Source: Zygnema circumcarinatum SAG 698-1b (Eukaryota; Plantae; Zygnematophyceae). From it: DNA of 64,000 nt. Below, piece after piece: positions 47,701 to 61,617 of this stretch (its first letter is position 1; the number at the start of each line of letters is the position of its first letter). The DNA is taken from assembly GCA_037447605.1 (NCBI GenBank), contig CM074821.1, positions 1,302,001 to 1,366,000 on the forward strand, written 5' to 3'. The notes beneath the pieces were generated by a model. The model was not told the DNA's origin. It saw nothing but the letters and a program-made list of their open reading frames with translations, and searched no databases. The position numbers and the translations under genes were made by a program.

Positions 47701-47906
47701 GAAATGAGAGCCGGTTCGTTAGAGGCGGGTGGTGCGTGGGGAGCAGTGCGGGGGGGGCGGACCCATGTGATGTGAGAGGCGACTTGGCGGTGTTGAACAT
47801 CACCAACAACGCGAAGCGCTTGGCGGCCCGCGTTCTCGCGAGTTTGAAAGTCCCAAAGTGCATGCTGCTGTTCAAGTTGTTGCGGAGGAACCCTACAAGC
47901 CGCTAG
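44726..47906 (+). CDS. GT14 glycosyltransferase (core-2/I-branching family), GlcAT14-like beta-glucuronosyltransferase
   Basis: Exons 44726-45053 (acidic N-terminus, TM WVLALSGATLAVTLLLFIA, ..PVFAFLITG), 45468-45785 (RRLLYAVYHPRNEYLLHFD..GNVRVV..NAVTYKG..LHGLALLL..DWDWFLNLSANDYPLVTPD), 46462-46537 (DLLHVFSSLPRHLNFVQH), 46774-46886 (RSTPTSFRFFKG), 47021-~47230 ([55 protein letters not shown]), ~47400-47509 (HP..AFARKF..VLKKID) and ~47687-47906 (ELL..GGWC..DPC..KRL). Confidence 0.93.
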
Positions 47907-48199
47907 TGGTCCCTCGCTTGTAAGGTCATACCCATGTTAAAAAATAGGTGCGTTTTCTTGTATTCTTTACATTGATCAGCAGTGCCGAAGGCAACCGCTG
48001 TTGTCATCCTTCCTTCTTCTCTCCCTTGGAAGAAGGGAACAATCGATCGCAGTGACACGTTCGGAATTGGAATTGGGAGGGGAGGGGGGTGCGACATGGG
48101 GAGAGGGAGAGGGAGAGGGAGAGGGAGAGGGAGAGGGAGAGGGACTGTTTTGCAGCTTGTATGAACAATTTACCTTTCTGGGCCTCTCTCTTTACAGGA

Positions 48200-48510
48200 C
48201 AGTGACAGTACGGAATAGCAGGAGTGCTGGTACTGCACTGGTCGGACCATTGGATCAACCATTGGCAATTGCTGCCATCCATTGATTTGCGACCAAAGCA
48301 ACCAGTGCCAATAGATAGGGAATTTCGTTACAGGTCCCTTTTAACTTTTGTTTGTTTTTTGCAACATGATGGTTAAAGATCGTTGCTTCCTGTGACGGGA
48401 CAGGGATCCAGTCCCACCATACAATGGTTGATCCAATGGCTGCCAACCATTGGACAGCCAACCATTGTTATCCGATGGTTGATCCAATGGTTGGCAATCC
48501 GACGGTCCAA
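48200..48510. repeat. CCATTGG/CCAATGG motif-array element (copy 2) downstream of the GT14 gene
   Basis: ..ctggtcggaccattggatcaaccattggc at ~48238, and an inverted block aatggttgatccaatgg at ~48424 and ~48475. Confidence 0.65.
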
Positions 48511-51500
48511 CCTCTGCGTGCGATACATACTTCAACCGTCAACACGTGTCAGCAATCATGAACCACGTCAGCAAAAAAAATTAAAGCGCGCCCTCTTAGC
48601 TGAGCTGGGACAGCGATCGTGAGCGAAACCGTTCAGTTACAGTAACACGGTTCCAAGGAAACGGTGTCGCAACATTTGTTAGGGGGCGGTTCCATGGTCC
48701 AACTTGGTTCATGTTGTTGAATGAAATTGGACATTGAGGCGGAGAGTTCTGAAACCTCCAAAACAAAGTTGTTACATCCATGTTTTACTGATCGCCATCG
48801 TGAGATCATTAGGGCGTGTCAGACTTAACAAAATCTTGCGAAAAGCGTTACGAAAAAAAGTGCTCCGCCGCACGAGGATAGCTTTCTTAATGGAGTACTC
48901 GTTCTGGTTTTTAAGTCTGACACGCCCCAATGCAAGTTCTCACCCCTTTCATTCAACTTCATTCAACGACCCTCACGTTGGATACCAACCGTACGCATGT
49001 GCCAGTCGGCTGAATGCAAAAAGGGTAGCACTACAGCTCGGCAGTCTCGGCAGCTCGGCGCGAATGATATAACGACACGTGGCGTCGACGTGGCATCTTG
49101 AGAACCACGTGGTAGTGGCTGCCCGCCAAATCTTTGGACTGCCCGCGAGCGCGGGCAGACGCGGGCCCGCCACACCACGCCACGTGTTGTAGTTTGGATA
49201 TCGTTAGTTTACCCCATTTTCCTATTCGGGCACGAAAGCGAGATCCGAATTATTCAACTTCCCCCGTCGCTAACTGGTTCAACCTTGCACACGTGTGAAA
49301 TTACATAGAACAATGTGAACCACATCAGCATGAATGAACCAAGTTGGAAACGCCCTATGGAAACGCGCCCTTTTAGCTGAATGAAAAAGTTGGAAACTGT
49401 GGCGGAGAAGGGAAGTGGCATCGATCTCACGATGGCGATGATTCCATCAAATGAACATGAACAACACCATCATGGGAAACCACGAGGAACTGGGCGCGAA
49501 GGACTTCAGTGAGAAGAGAGTTTGCAAACTGTATTGTATCGTACTGTGCAATTGGTACGGTACGAACAACACGGACAGCATCAAATGAAACTGCGTTCTG
49601 ATTGGTCCACGTGGACAGACGGGCAGGCGAAAAGCGCGGAGAAAAGGACAGCCACGGAAATGGTACAAACGGAAAAAGTACGGTAGGGATCGTGCCTGAC
49701 ACAAGTCAGTGTCCGTACGGTTTTATTGAAAGCAGAAACATCCGCACAAGGATCCAGAAGGATGTCGGTGGGCGACTTATAGTTCGACACGTGGCGAGTG
49801 CAGAGACAAAGACACGCCAGCGTGCGCCACGTCAGCGACGACTGAACCGGCGGTGCCCGACGGTCCAATAATGGAGGCGGCAGCCGTTAGATGGCGCCGG
49901 GCGGCGGACGGACAGCGACGGTACAAGAACTCGCCGCCGGACCAATGAGAGAGCTGCGGGACCGTAGCTCCGCCACGTGGCGGGCAGAGAATGGACAGCG
50001 CGGCGCTGGCCCTTCAGTCAAGAAAGTTGGTAGGGCCCAATCATCAAAAGTCGTCCGAAGTCGCCCAAAGTTTGGCTTTTCTATCCGAACCAAAAGAAAG
50101 AAACTACAAACCCAGCTTCATGGATCAGCGTCACTGATGACAGTTAACCGTGCAAATATCCACAGTCTCCAGTTGCGTATAGTTCCGATTTTCAGCATTT
50201 GTGCCATGTGATTTACCACGTGGACCAATCAGACGCACAGGATCCGGCGGTCTCTTCTGCGCTGAATTCTAAGATCCGTACGGACACAGATCCTGCCACG
50301 CCGCCCGGAGCGGCCGGCCGCGCCCCACTTCCCGCCGTCGATTCCGCTTGTCGCCGACCCGCCGCCCGCCGAAACCCAGGTGTCGGGACGCGGCGCCCGG
50401 GTTCCACGTGTCGCCTCCTCTCCTTCCGCCCAGGTCCCCGGCTTGATTCGTACAACCATCCAAACTTTGCGGTTGTACGAACACTTGTTCTTTACCAACT
50501 GGATTAGGCGCAATTAAATAGCGGCGTTTGTCGTATCCCCCAGCTGTCCAACCGCCCGCCGCCTGGTCCTTCCCTGGAACATTCACCCTCCGATGAGGAG
50601 TTTTGGCAGCTTGTGAGCTGTCGTCGTCTAGTGTGGGATTGCGCCAGCTGGCGATCAATCACGCCTCCGCATTATTCCACGATCTGACCCTCAGATTTGG
50701 CCGTTGCATCCGTATGAATCCTTGGGACCATCCAATCCGCCAAAGAAACTTTAGCGGTGTCCGTTGCGCGGACCGGAGATGACGGCTTGTCGTATTGGCG
50801 CCTCGGGAAGCCGCGGCCTGGCGCCGACACGAGAGATGTACGGCCGGACGTGCGACGAAGCTGACGCCGCCGACCGGCGGGCACGTGGCGGTTGGGCCTG
50901 CATCGGGCCGCCCGCCCGCCTCGCTCGGCCCGATTCGACGTTTTGTCGCATCTCGAACCGCCAGGCCGCGCTCGAAAACATTACACCCACCTCCCAAACT
51001 TTTCACTTCTACATTTTTCATGTCGCTGTGCCCTATTTGTACCCTCACAAATGCGCCTTTTTCTTCCTGACGGCTGAAGAAAACATTCCTTATCTGCCCC
51101 AGAAATGTTACCATCCCGCTGCCCGCTGCCCGACAGCTGCCGTTCTCCCGACCTGGCGAACTTCTCCAGCCGGCTGCGGCCCGGTTTCCGTACACTGCCC
51201 TTTCCGAAACCTTTTTCGTCCTGCCCAAAACCGTACCGTTTTGTCACGCGGCGGCCTTCCAGTGGCCGACCGACATTTTTTCTGCCCCGATGGCTGCCCG
51301 GCGGTCCTCCCGCAGTCAACAGACGGCCGCCGCCACATCCGTCCTCTCCCGCGCCTTTGACATCACGGTCACGTCGAGTCATGTCACGTCATGTCACGTC
51401 TTGTCACGTCGTGTCCGGCGGCAGCGGTTGCGCTTATAGGCGGTAACCTCCTCCCCCGCGCCACTGCTTGCGAGGAGGGTGGGAGGGCGCCTGGAGGGGG

Positions 51501-51697
51501 GCGGGAGAGAGAGACTGGGAGGGAGAGGGAGAGGACAAGGGGGAGAGGGAGAGAACGAGAGAGAGTGAGTGAGGACGGAGAGAGGGAGGGGGGGAGGGAG
51601 TAAGGAAGGAGGAGATAGATAGAGGTGGTAGACCTAGAGCGAGTGGGAGTGAGTGGGTGGGAGAGAACGAGTGAAGGGAGGGAGGGAGGGAGGGAGT

Positions 51698-53461
51698 ATG
51701 TTGGACCGTATCCTCTCAGAACCTACGGAGAGCCCCTTTGACCTCTACCAGTTCCATGGCGAAATCGGGAGGGGAAATTTCGGAACAGTCCGCAAATGCG
51801 TGTGCTTGCGCACCAACAAGTTCTATGCGTGCAAGATTATCCGTAAAACGGAACTGAAAACTGCGCGAGAGGTGGAGGAAATCCGGCAGGAGATCGCCAT
51901 CATGCAGAAGCTGCAGAGGCTGGCTCACCCCAACATCGTGACCTTGCAGGGCGTCTACGAGGACTGGAGCTGCGTGTACCTGGTCATGGAGCTGTGCCAG
52001 GGGGGGGAGCTCTACGACCTCATTCGCGCCTCCCACTTCATTGAGGAGAACCGCGCTCGCCAGTTCTTCACAGAGATCGCCGAAGCCACTCAGTTCCTGC
52101 ACTCCCAGGGAGTGATGCACCGCGACTTGAAGCCGGAGAACATCCTCCTCTCTCAGAGAGAGGCGCGGGAGGAGGGCGGGAAAGAGGGAGGAAGGAGACG
52201 GAAGCAGCAAGTAAAAATAGTCGATTTTGGGCTGGCGATATTCTTACCCCCAGGGAAGCTCACGCAGGGTTGCGCAGGATCGAGGTTTTATGAGTCTCCC
52301 GAGGTTATATGTGACAATCCTTACGGACATAAAGCGGACACATGGAGCCTGGGAGTCATCCTATATGCAATGCTGTCCGGGCGGCTGCCCTTCCTGGGGG
52401 AGACCAAGAGGTCCCTCATGTCGTCCATATGCAAGGGGAAGGTTTCCTTTGCGGAGCATCCCTGGCCGTTGATCTCGGACGCCGCGAAGAGTCTCATCCG
52501 TCGGATGCTCACTGTGGATCCTGAGAAGAGGGCGACTGTGGAGGAGGTTTTGAGCGATCCGTGGCTGAACCCTAAGGGCGTTTGGAACCCGCCTTCGCCT
52601 TGCGGAAGCTTCCGGGAATTTGTCCCACAAAGGACAAAGGTCGACCGAGCCCTTTCTTCGCCGTCGTCGGCCTCTCCCCTTCTCCCCAAACCCTCGGCTT
52701 CAGCATTCATGGCTTCCATGGTTAAGCCCCCATCCTCCGTCTTCCACACTTCTACTCCCCACCGCCCTCTCCCTCCCTCCTCGAGCAGCCATGGCCATCT
52801 CCCTCCCTCCTCCGTGCAGCTCCTCTCCTCCGACTCCACCTTCCCTCCCACCACACCAACCCTAAAACTCCCCGCTGCCCGCTCGGCTGCCACGTGTTGC
52901 TCCCCCAACCCTCCTCTCCCTCCATGGCCGCCTTCGAGCTGTGAAACCCGCCCCTCCATTTCCATCCCTTCTGAGCTCCCTCCCCTTGACAGCCTCTCTC
53001 CATCCTCCCACCTCTCTCCCTCCCTCCACTCTCCCTCCCCCCGGAAGTTCCGAGGTCTATGGCTGCACACGAGCAGCAGCAGCGAGGGGAGTCAGAGCAT
53101 TGTGAGCATAAATAGTGGTGCCACAACGCCCTCTTCGACCAGCTGTAGTCCGAGCTCGGCCACGGCTAGCTCGCCTGTGAAGGAGAAGGAGAGGGAGAGG
53201 GAGAGGGAGAGGGAGAGGGAGAAGGGGAGAGGGGGAGGCGCCTTCTCCTTCTGCTGTTTGTATCCGGAGGCTACGAGTGACGAGAAGGGGGATGGTGCAA
53301 AGGACGGGAAGGAAGGGTTTGAGCCGGAGGGGCATAAGGGGGGGAGGGAGAGGGAGGGAGAGAGGAGGGGAGAGTGCCCAGCTCCCAAACCGCAATTTTT
53401 GGCATGTGGGGAGATGAAGAGTATGCATAGATCCGTGAAGTTCTTTCACATGAGGAGGTAG
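51698..53461 (+). CDS. Intronless CDPK/PEPKR-related Ser/Thr kinase (CAMK group) with a Ser/Pro-rich tail and no EF-hands
   Basis: Continuous ORF with IGRGNFG, YACKII, HPNIV, LVMELCQGGEL, MHRDLKPENILL, IVDFGLA, GSRFYESPE, DTWSLGVILY, PWPLISDAAKSLIRRML. First plausible Met is at 51698 (the upstream in-frame sequence is a GA tract). No DxDxDG EF-hand loops in the tail. Confidence 0.9.
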   Translation: MLDRILSEPTESPFDLYQFHGEIGRGNFGTVRKCVCLRTNKFYACKIIRKTELKTAREVEEIRQEIAIMQKLQRLAHPNIVTLQGVYEDWSCVYLVMELCQGGELYDLIRASHFIEENRARQFFTEIAEATQFLHSQGVMHRDLKPENILLSQREAREEGGKEGGRRRKQQVKIVDFGLAIFLPPGKLTQGCAGSRFYESPEVICDNPYGHKADTWSLGVILYAMLSGRLPFLGETKRSLMSSICKGKVSFAEHPWPLISDAAKSLIRRMLTVDPEKRATVEEVLSDPWLNPKGVWNPPSPCGSFREFVPQRTKVDRALSSPSSASPLLPKPSASAFMASMVKPPSSVFHTSTPHRPLPPSSSSHGHLPPSSVQLLSSDSTFPPTTPTLKLPAARSAATCCSPNPPLPPWPPSSCETRPSISIPSELPPLDSLSPSSHLSPSLHSPSPRKFRGLWLHTSSSSEGSQSIVSINSGATTPSSTSCSPSSATASSPVKEKEREREREREREKGRGGGAFSFCCLYPEATSDEKGDGAKDGKEGFEPEGHKGGREREGERRGECPAPKPQFLACGEMKSMHRSVKFFHMRR

Positions 53462-54392
53462 AGCTTCAGTTTCGTTCTTCGTTAGTGAGAGAGAGGGAGG
53501 GGGAAGGGAGGAGACGGGGAAGAGGAAGAGAGGGAGCGTTGTTTATGATGTGATTATCGTGTACTTAAACTAGTTATAGAGGTACGAATTATTAATGCGA
53601 CAAAATAAGGCGGCAGCTACAGCCATCCAGCGAATCAGAGTGCTTATTGAATAGTGATAAAAAGAGGCTCCTGAAGGCCCTCCCTCGGGCAGCGCTAGAA
53701 TTTTTTTCTTTTTTAAATTCCTTTTAAGATACTGAAAAAATTTGTATAGGATTCCGCCCTGCAGACATGCGTAGAGCCGTCCAAAAATTGGACTTTTTGT
53801 TAGCTCGGCTTTTCGAGTCCGCAATTTTTGGACTGCTCGGTACATGACGGAAAAGTACAGCTTTTGGCTTTTCTCTGAACAGGCAATAGGGAGTCAGAGC
53901 CCCCCTTTAGGGTTAGGGCTAGGGCGTAGGGATTAGGGTTTAGGATGCAGCTACTACATAGCTCTCCAATAGGATTTAGGGTTTAAGAAAAGTAGATTAG
54001 TCAATTTCCCTTGTTGAATGTGTCTGTAATAAAGATGGAATGTGAATAAAATGCAAATGGAAATATTCTGGCAATGCGCTTTGAATTAATATTGACTCCA
54101 CCTTGAATTTTCTGCACTTTGATGTAACACCTCTTTTCTCCACGAGGTCATCAATAATTAACTTGTAAGAAAACAGAACATAGTTTGTACATATTTTAGG
54201 CATACTTCTTGGATTCCATGTGAAAACATTTTTGGATGATCTCTTGGCTGACATCTTTCCGCATGCTGTCTGTTCAGGTGCCGATAAATCACTCACAAGT
54301 AAAAGGAAAGAAAAAGCAAACTCAGACGACTTTATTTCGTGAAACCCCGAAAAAAAAAATATTCACAAAAATGAACCCCTTTCGTGGTACCC

Positions 54393-55994
54393 TCACACGC
54401 CTTCCTTTGGCCTCAAGCTCCGCCAATCGCCTCTCTTTTCGCCCTTTCTCAACCCATCGGCATTAAGCCTATAACTGCCTTCCATGCCCTCCCCTCTCCC
54501 ACCCTCTCCCCTACCCACCCTCCCACTCCCCACTCTCCCACCCTCTGAACTACCTCTCCTCTCCTCCTCTTGAGGAACCTTGAAGCTCTTCGCTTCATCA
54601 CGCCTCCCGCCATGATTCTCGCTTCCATGAGAGACGCCATCTCCCACTGCTCTCTCCTCCCAGCTCTCTCTCCCTCTCCCTCTCTCTCTCCCTCCGCCAT
54701 CCACTCCCGCATGTCCTTCTTGCTGGCGTCCCTCGCCTTTCGTTTGAGCGTTATAAACAGGCCTTAAACCTCCAGTCCTTCTCCTCTTCCTCTCCTCTCC
54801 CTCTTCCTCCCTCTCTCCCGCCTCCCCACCTTCTCTGTCTGCATCTCCTCCATTCACCCTACAAAATCGACAGGTACAAACTCAATCAAGAGAATGTTTC
54901 CGTATTTGCATTTGAAACATTTCAACATTTGTCGTCTCAAAAAGGAAAAACAAACAACACACCTACGTAGGCAAGTAATGTCAAAGAGAGGGATTACTTT
55001 CATTTTCAGCTGTGTGCAATGGACTTCACATTTAATGGAAGGGGGAGGGGGGAGGCCGAGGGGGAAGGGNNNNNNNNNNGGAGGGTGTGGGGAGGGTGAG
55101 GGGGAGAGGGGAAGAGACGGAGAGAACCTCTCACCTTCCATGGTCTTCCAGTTTTCTCTTTGGCGCCTGCCACGTCCGACCCTCCACTTCGGCAGAAAGT
55201 TTCTGTTTTCCAATGTTGTCAAAAACAGACAGAAGAAAAACACCATTTTTTTACATTAGTTTTCTTGTTTTCTGTTTCGATCTTAGAAACTGTAATGATT
55301 TCCAGAATTGTTCGTCAAAGGAAGAAAGGTTTCAGGAAGTTAGCGATTGGGCTGAAAAAGTGTCATCGGCCTCATGGATTCTGTTCGACAATAGAGGACA
55401 CATGGAAAACTAAATAACGGTCTTCCTTTTATCCATGACCTAAAAATGCTAAACAAAAAAGGAAAAACAGTTTATGCCTTTTTAATTATATAATTCACTG
55501 ACATCCCCTTAATGATTCAACATTTCACGATTCCTTGATCTATAAGGTCTTAACGGAAAGATAACTGTTCAAGCTGGTCGGTCCGTGTATGAGCTGCGAA
55601 ACCGGGCTATATGCGTTAAGAGCCCGTTCTGTTTTGTGGACAGTTCTGTTTTGTGGACAGTTCTGTTTTCCTGCAACCCGTGCATATTTCTTCAAGTTTA
55701 AAGGGGTTGCAACATGGACAAGCTCTCACCTCTACAGAAATATTGAAGTTCTGAAAAGACATGCGACCAAGCAAGGCGCCCGGGCTTGGGTCTCCCTCGA
55801 TCACTACCACACTGCCCCCCTCTCATTGAATAAGGAGAAAGAGTGAGAGAGTTAAAACAGGCATGGAAAATGAGAAAGTGAATGTACAAACACAAAAGCA
55901 ACGAAAACGTGCAGAATACTGTCACTGCTTTCGTTGGTGCTGGTAATTGAACAGAAGTTACAGACATGAAAATGTGAAAAAGAGAGAGAGAGAA

Positions 55995-56057
<63 letters not shown>

Positions 56058-56070
56058 AGAGAGAGAGAGG

Positions 56071-56118
<48 letters not shown>

Positions 56119-57310
56119 CCATTGAGAGTGTGTGCCGCCGCCTGGAGCAGCGGTCCATTGCTCAGCGGGCGACTCCTCCTCCGCCCTCCTCTCGACCGCA
56201 TCCCTCACCTTCGCCCTCTGCATGAACTGCAGCTCGCAGGGACAGGGCAGCCTCAGAGGGGAGGGAGGAAGGAAGGGAGGGAGGGAGGGGGGAAGGAGGG
56301 AAGGGGACGAGGGAGGAGGGAAAGTGAGAGAGGGAGAGAGAGACGGCGAAAAGAGGAGGCGTGGAAGGGATTGAGATGGAGAGAGGGGGAAAGGGAGATA
56401 TTGGCCAAGAGGGGAATGGAGGAGTGGGGGGAGAGAACGGGGAAGGATGAGAGGGAGGGAGAGAAGGAGAGAGAGAGGGAGAGAGGAGGAGAGAATGGGG
56501 AGGAACAGAAGCTTCCTAAAAAAGATGAGCGGCCTCTGTGAAGGTATGATGCCAAATGCTGACATTTTCAAATTCGAAAGTTGGCTAAAGGAAGATCACT
56601 AAAGCAAGCCGTAAGGTGATTAAAGACTGAATGACCTCAAGCAGGAAATTTCTAACTCGTTTCATTTCTCTAACCCTTTACTGAAGCCTTAACCCTAATC
56701 TCAAGGCTGGCCCAAACCTTAACCCTAATCCCAAGGCTGGCCCAAACCTTAACCCTAATCCCAATCACAGCTCCAACTCTTAATATTTTTTTCCTACTGG
56801 GGTTTTTTCGAAGTCTTTTAGAGTTAGCATTTCAAAGAACCCGACAATGTCAGAATATAACCGCTACAAATTTGGTGTGAGGGTCGGCACCAATGCCGTA
56901 ACTTTATAGCATTTCAATGCAACGCATTTCAATGTGCCTTTACAGAGTCTCTAATGCATTAAGTTGTGTGTTCGTGAGTGTAAAATCAACTTTCCACTTA
57001 GTCATAATGCAATTTATTTCATTAAACGAAGAAATTTTGCAACTTCTCTAATGTAGCGAAGGCACATTGAGCCGAGGGAGAGTACAAGTGAACCCTAAAA
57101 TAGACTTCAACTGAACCTCGCAGCAGGTCCTGCATACACCCTCGAGGAGCCCTGAGCCAGCCCTCCAATAAACCCTGATAAACCCTAAACAAACCCTACA
57201 TAAACCCTGCGACAAGCCCGCGCTACCCCCTGAGCCCAACCCTGAACCCTGAGCCCAAGCCAGCCAACCTTCATCTGCTGCAGCCGCCCGGAGAGCTCGC
57301 GCTTCGCCAT
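54393..57310 (-). CDS. MPP6: M-phase phosphoprotein 6 homolog (nuclear exosome cofactor)
   Basis: Exons 57310-57269 (MAKRELSGRLQQMK), 56226-56120 (FMQRAKVRDAVE..), 55811-55730 (CVVVIEGDPSPGALLGRMSFQNFNISVE), 55166-55135 (APKRKLEDHG) and 54858-54393 (..GDWRSLRPKEGV*). All junctions are in phase. LS..L..MKFMQR and GRMSF.nFN are recalled MPP6 signatures. Confidence 0.9.
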
Positions 57311-57620
57311 CGCGTCGAACCTGAACCCTAAACCCTTGAACCCTCAAACCAACCCCTTGAACCCTCAACCCTAACCCTTCAACCCTAAACCCAGGACGAG
57401 GATAGTCAAGATTCCTGCACGCGCAAAACCCTAACCCCTGGTAATGTCCGGCGCGAAAAAACTCCTGACCGCTGACCTAAGCCCTAAGCCCTAACCATGA
57501 ACCCGCTCGCGGAAAATCCACGCGCGCGTCTTAAACCCTAAACCCTAGTCCCGCCCCGTCAAGATTCCCGCGCGCGTTGAACCCTGGACCCTGTGGACCT
57601 CGATAAACCCTAAACCCTGG
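57170..57620. promoter_or_regulatory. Telo-box-like (AAACCCTA/AACCCT) rich 5' region and first intron of MPP6
   Basis: Many aaaccctaa/aaccctga motifs around the ATG. Telo-boxes are established plant 5'-region elements; function here is inferred. Confidence 0.45.
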
Positions 57621-59031
57621 ACCGGGAAATGGACGGCCACGATGACCCCAGATGCCGCCGCGCGAAAAAAAAAAGGATGGCGAGCGCGGGCCAATGGGAG
57701 GTCCCCTCGCTCCCCGCCCGCGTTCACTCGTGGTTTGCGAGGTTGGAGGACCAGGAATGTAGGTTTTTTTATTATTCCATTGATTTTTTTTTTAATTCTA
57801 TTATTTGCCCACACGACTTCAGGCGTGGCGGGGCGGAGAAAAAATGTCACGTCACGTCATGTCACGTCACGTCCGTATTCTTTTGAGTATGGTCGCAGTC
57901 GTTTGGGTCCCGTTCCTTGTCCGACAGGACCCTTCGTTCGTACAGTTCATACAGTTCGTACATATATATCGTACTGTACCTTCTGCCGTATCGGCTTAAA
58001 GTGTAATAATATTGTTTTTCTGCTGCGACTAAAAAAAATTCGAAACGGTTTTATAACGTTTTTTAAAGTATGTTCGAAAAGTCAGAAAAAAAAATAAAAC
58101 CGATTCTTCTTGTGTTCCGACTTTTGGCACAAATCTCGGAGTCCTAAAAACCAGGATGGAGGGGCGAGGATATTTCTTTCCGAGGTTTTCTGTCGGAATT
58201 CCAAAAAATCCTCCCTTAGTTCCATGCACCAGTAAAAACACGCCACATCATCAATTGTGTGCACGTGTCGATCACATATTGGCTAAGAATTCTTTTTTGT
58301 TGACATCGAGAAATCTCAACCGCCGGTTTTGTCTTCTAGCGGTCGGAAGCTTCAAAGTGGGACAAAGATATTACTGAAGCGCATGGGGATCTTTGGCTAG
58401 ACGACAGACTTTCCACGTGTCACCTAGTCAGACTGCCACTTTCGTGCTTGTCCACATATATAAAGACAAAACCTATCCCTAGGCAACCCACTCTCTTGGA
58501 GCTGGATCTAACCGCCACCGACACAAAAGACAAAACACCTCCAATTTTTTGACATTGGATTTCGTGCCGCAAAATCCAGCGTCACCGTAGGCTTTCCACG
58601 TGGCGCCCGATGCTCCCTCGTCGAAAGACAACAACCGCGGATACGCATAAAACGACAAACATTGTCGGTGAAAGTACGGCCGCCGACAGCATCCGCCGCC
58701 CCACCGACCACGAGGGCGCCCCCCTAGTCCACGTGAGGGCGCGCATGGCGGGACCTTCGAGGCGGCCGAGCTTCCGAGAAGCTGCCGCGTGGCACCGGCC
58801 GGTGGTGGACCCATGCGAGAGGGAGACAGCGAGAGAGAGAGAGACAGACAGAGAGGGAGAGAGAGGGGGGGGGTGAAAAAGAGAGAAAGAGAGAGAGAGC
58901 AGGCGGGAGGAAGAGGGAGATAAAGAGCGAGGGAGGAAGAGAGGGGTTAGCTAGAGACGGAGCGGAGAAGGAGAGGGAAAGGGAGAGGGAGAGAGAGAGA
59001 GAGAGGGAGAGAGAGGGAGACATAGGGCGAA

Positions 59032-61617
<2,586 letters not shown>

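Larger units (their letters stand above)
875..55079. other. Assembly gaps (10 N each) at 875-884, 18111-18120, 19979-19988, 27391-27400, 28486-28495, 38727-38736 and 55070-55079
   Basis: Runs of n, all within or beside G/A or C/T low-complexity tracts. Confidence 0.99.

Noticed and set aside
50659-51446. Several overlapping Arg/Gly/Pro-rich ORFs
   Set aside because: They are open on both strands because of high GC, with no recognisable domain or splice-consistent model.
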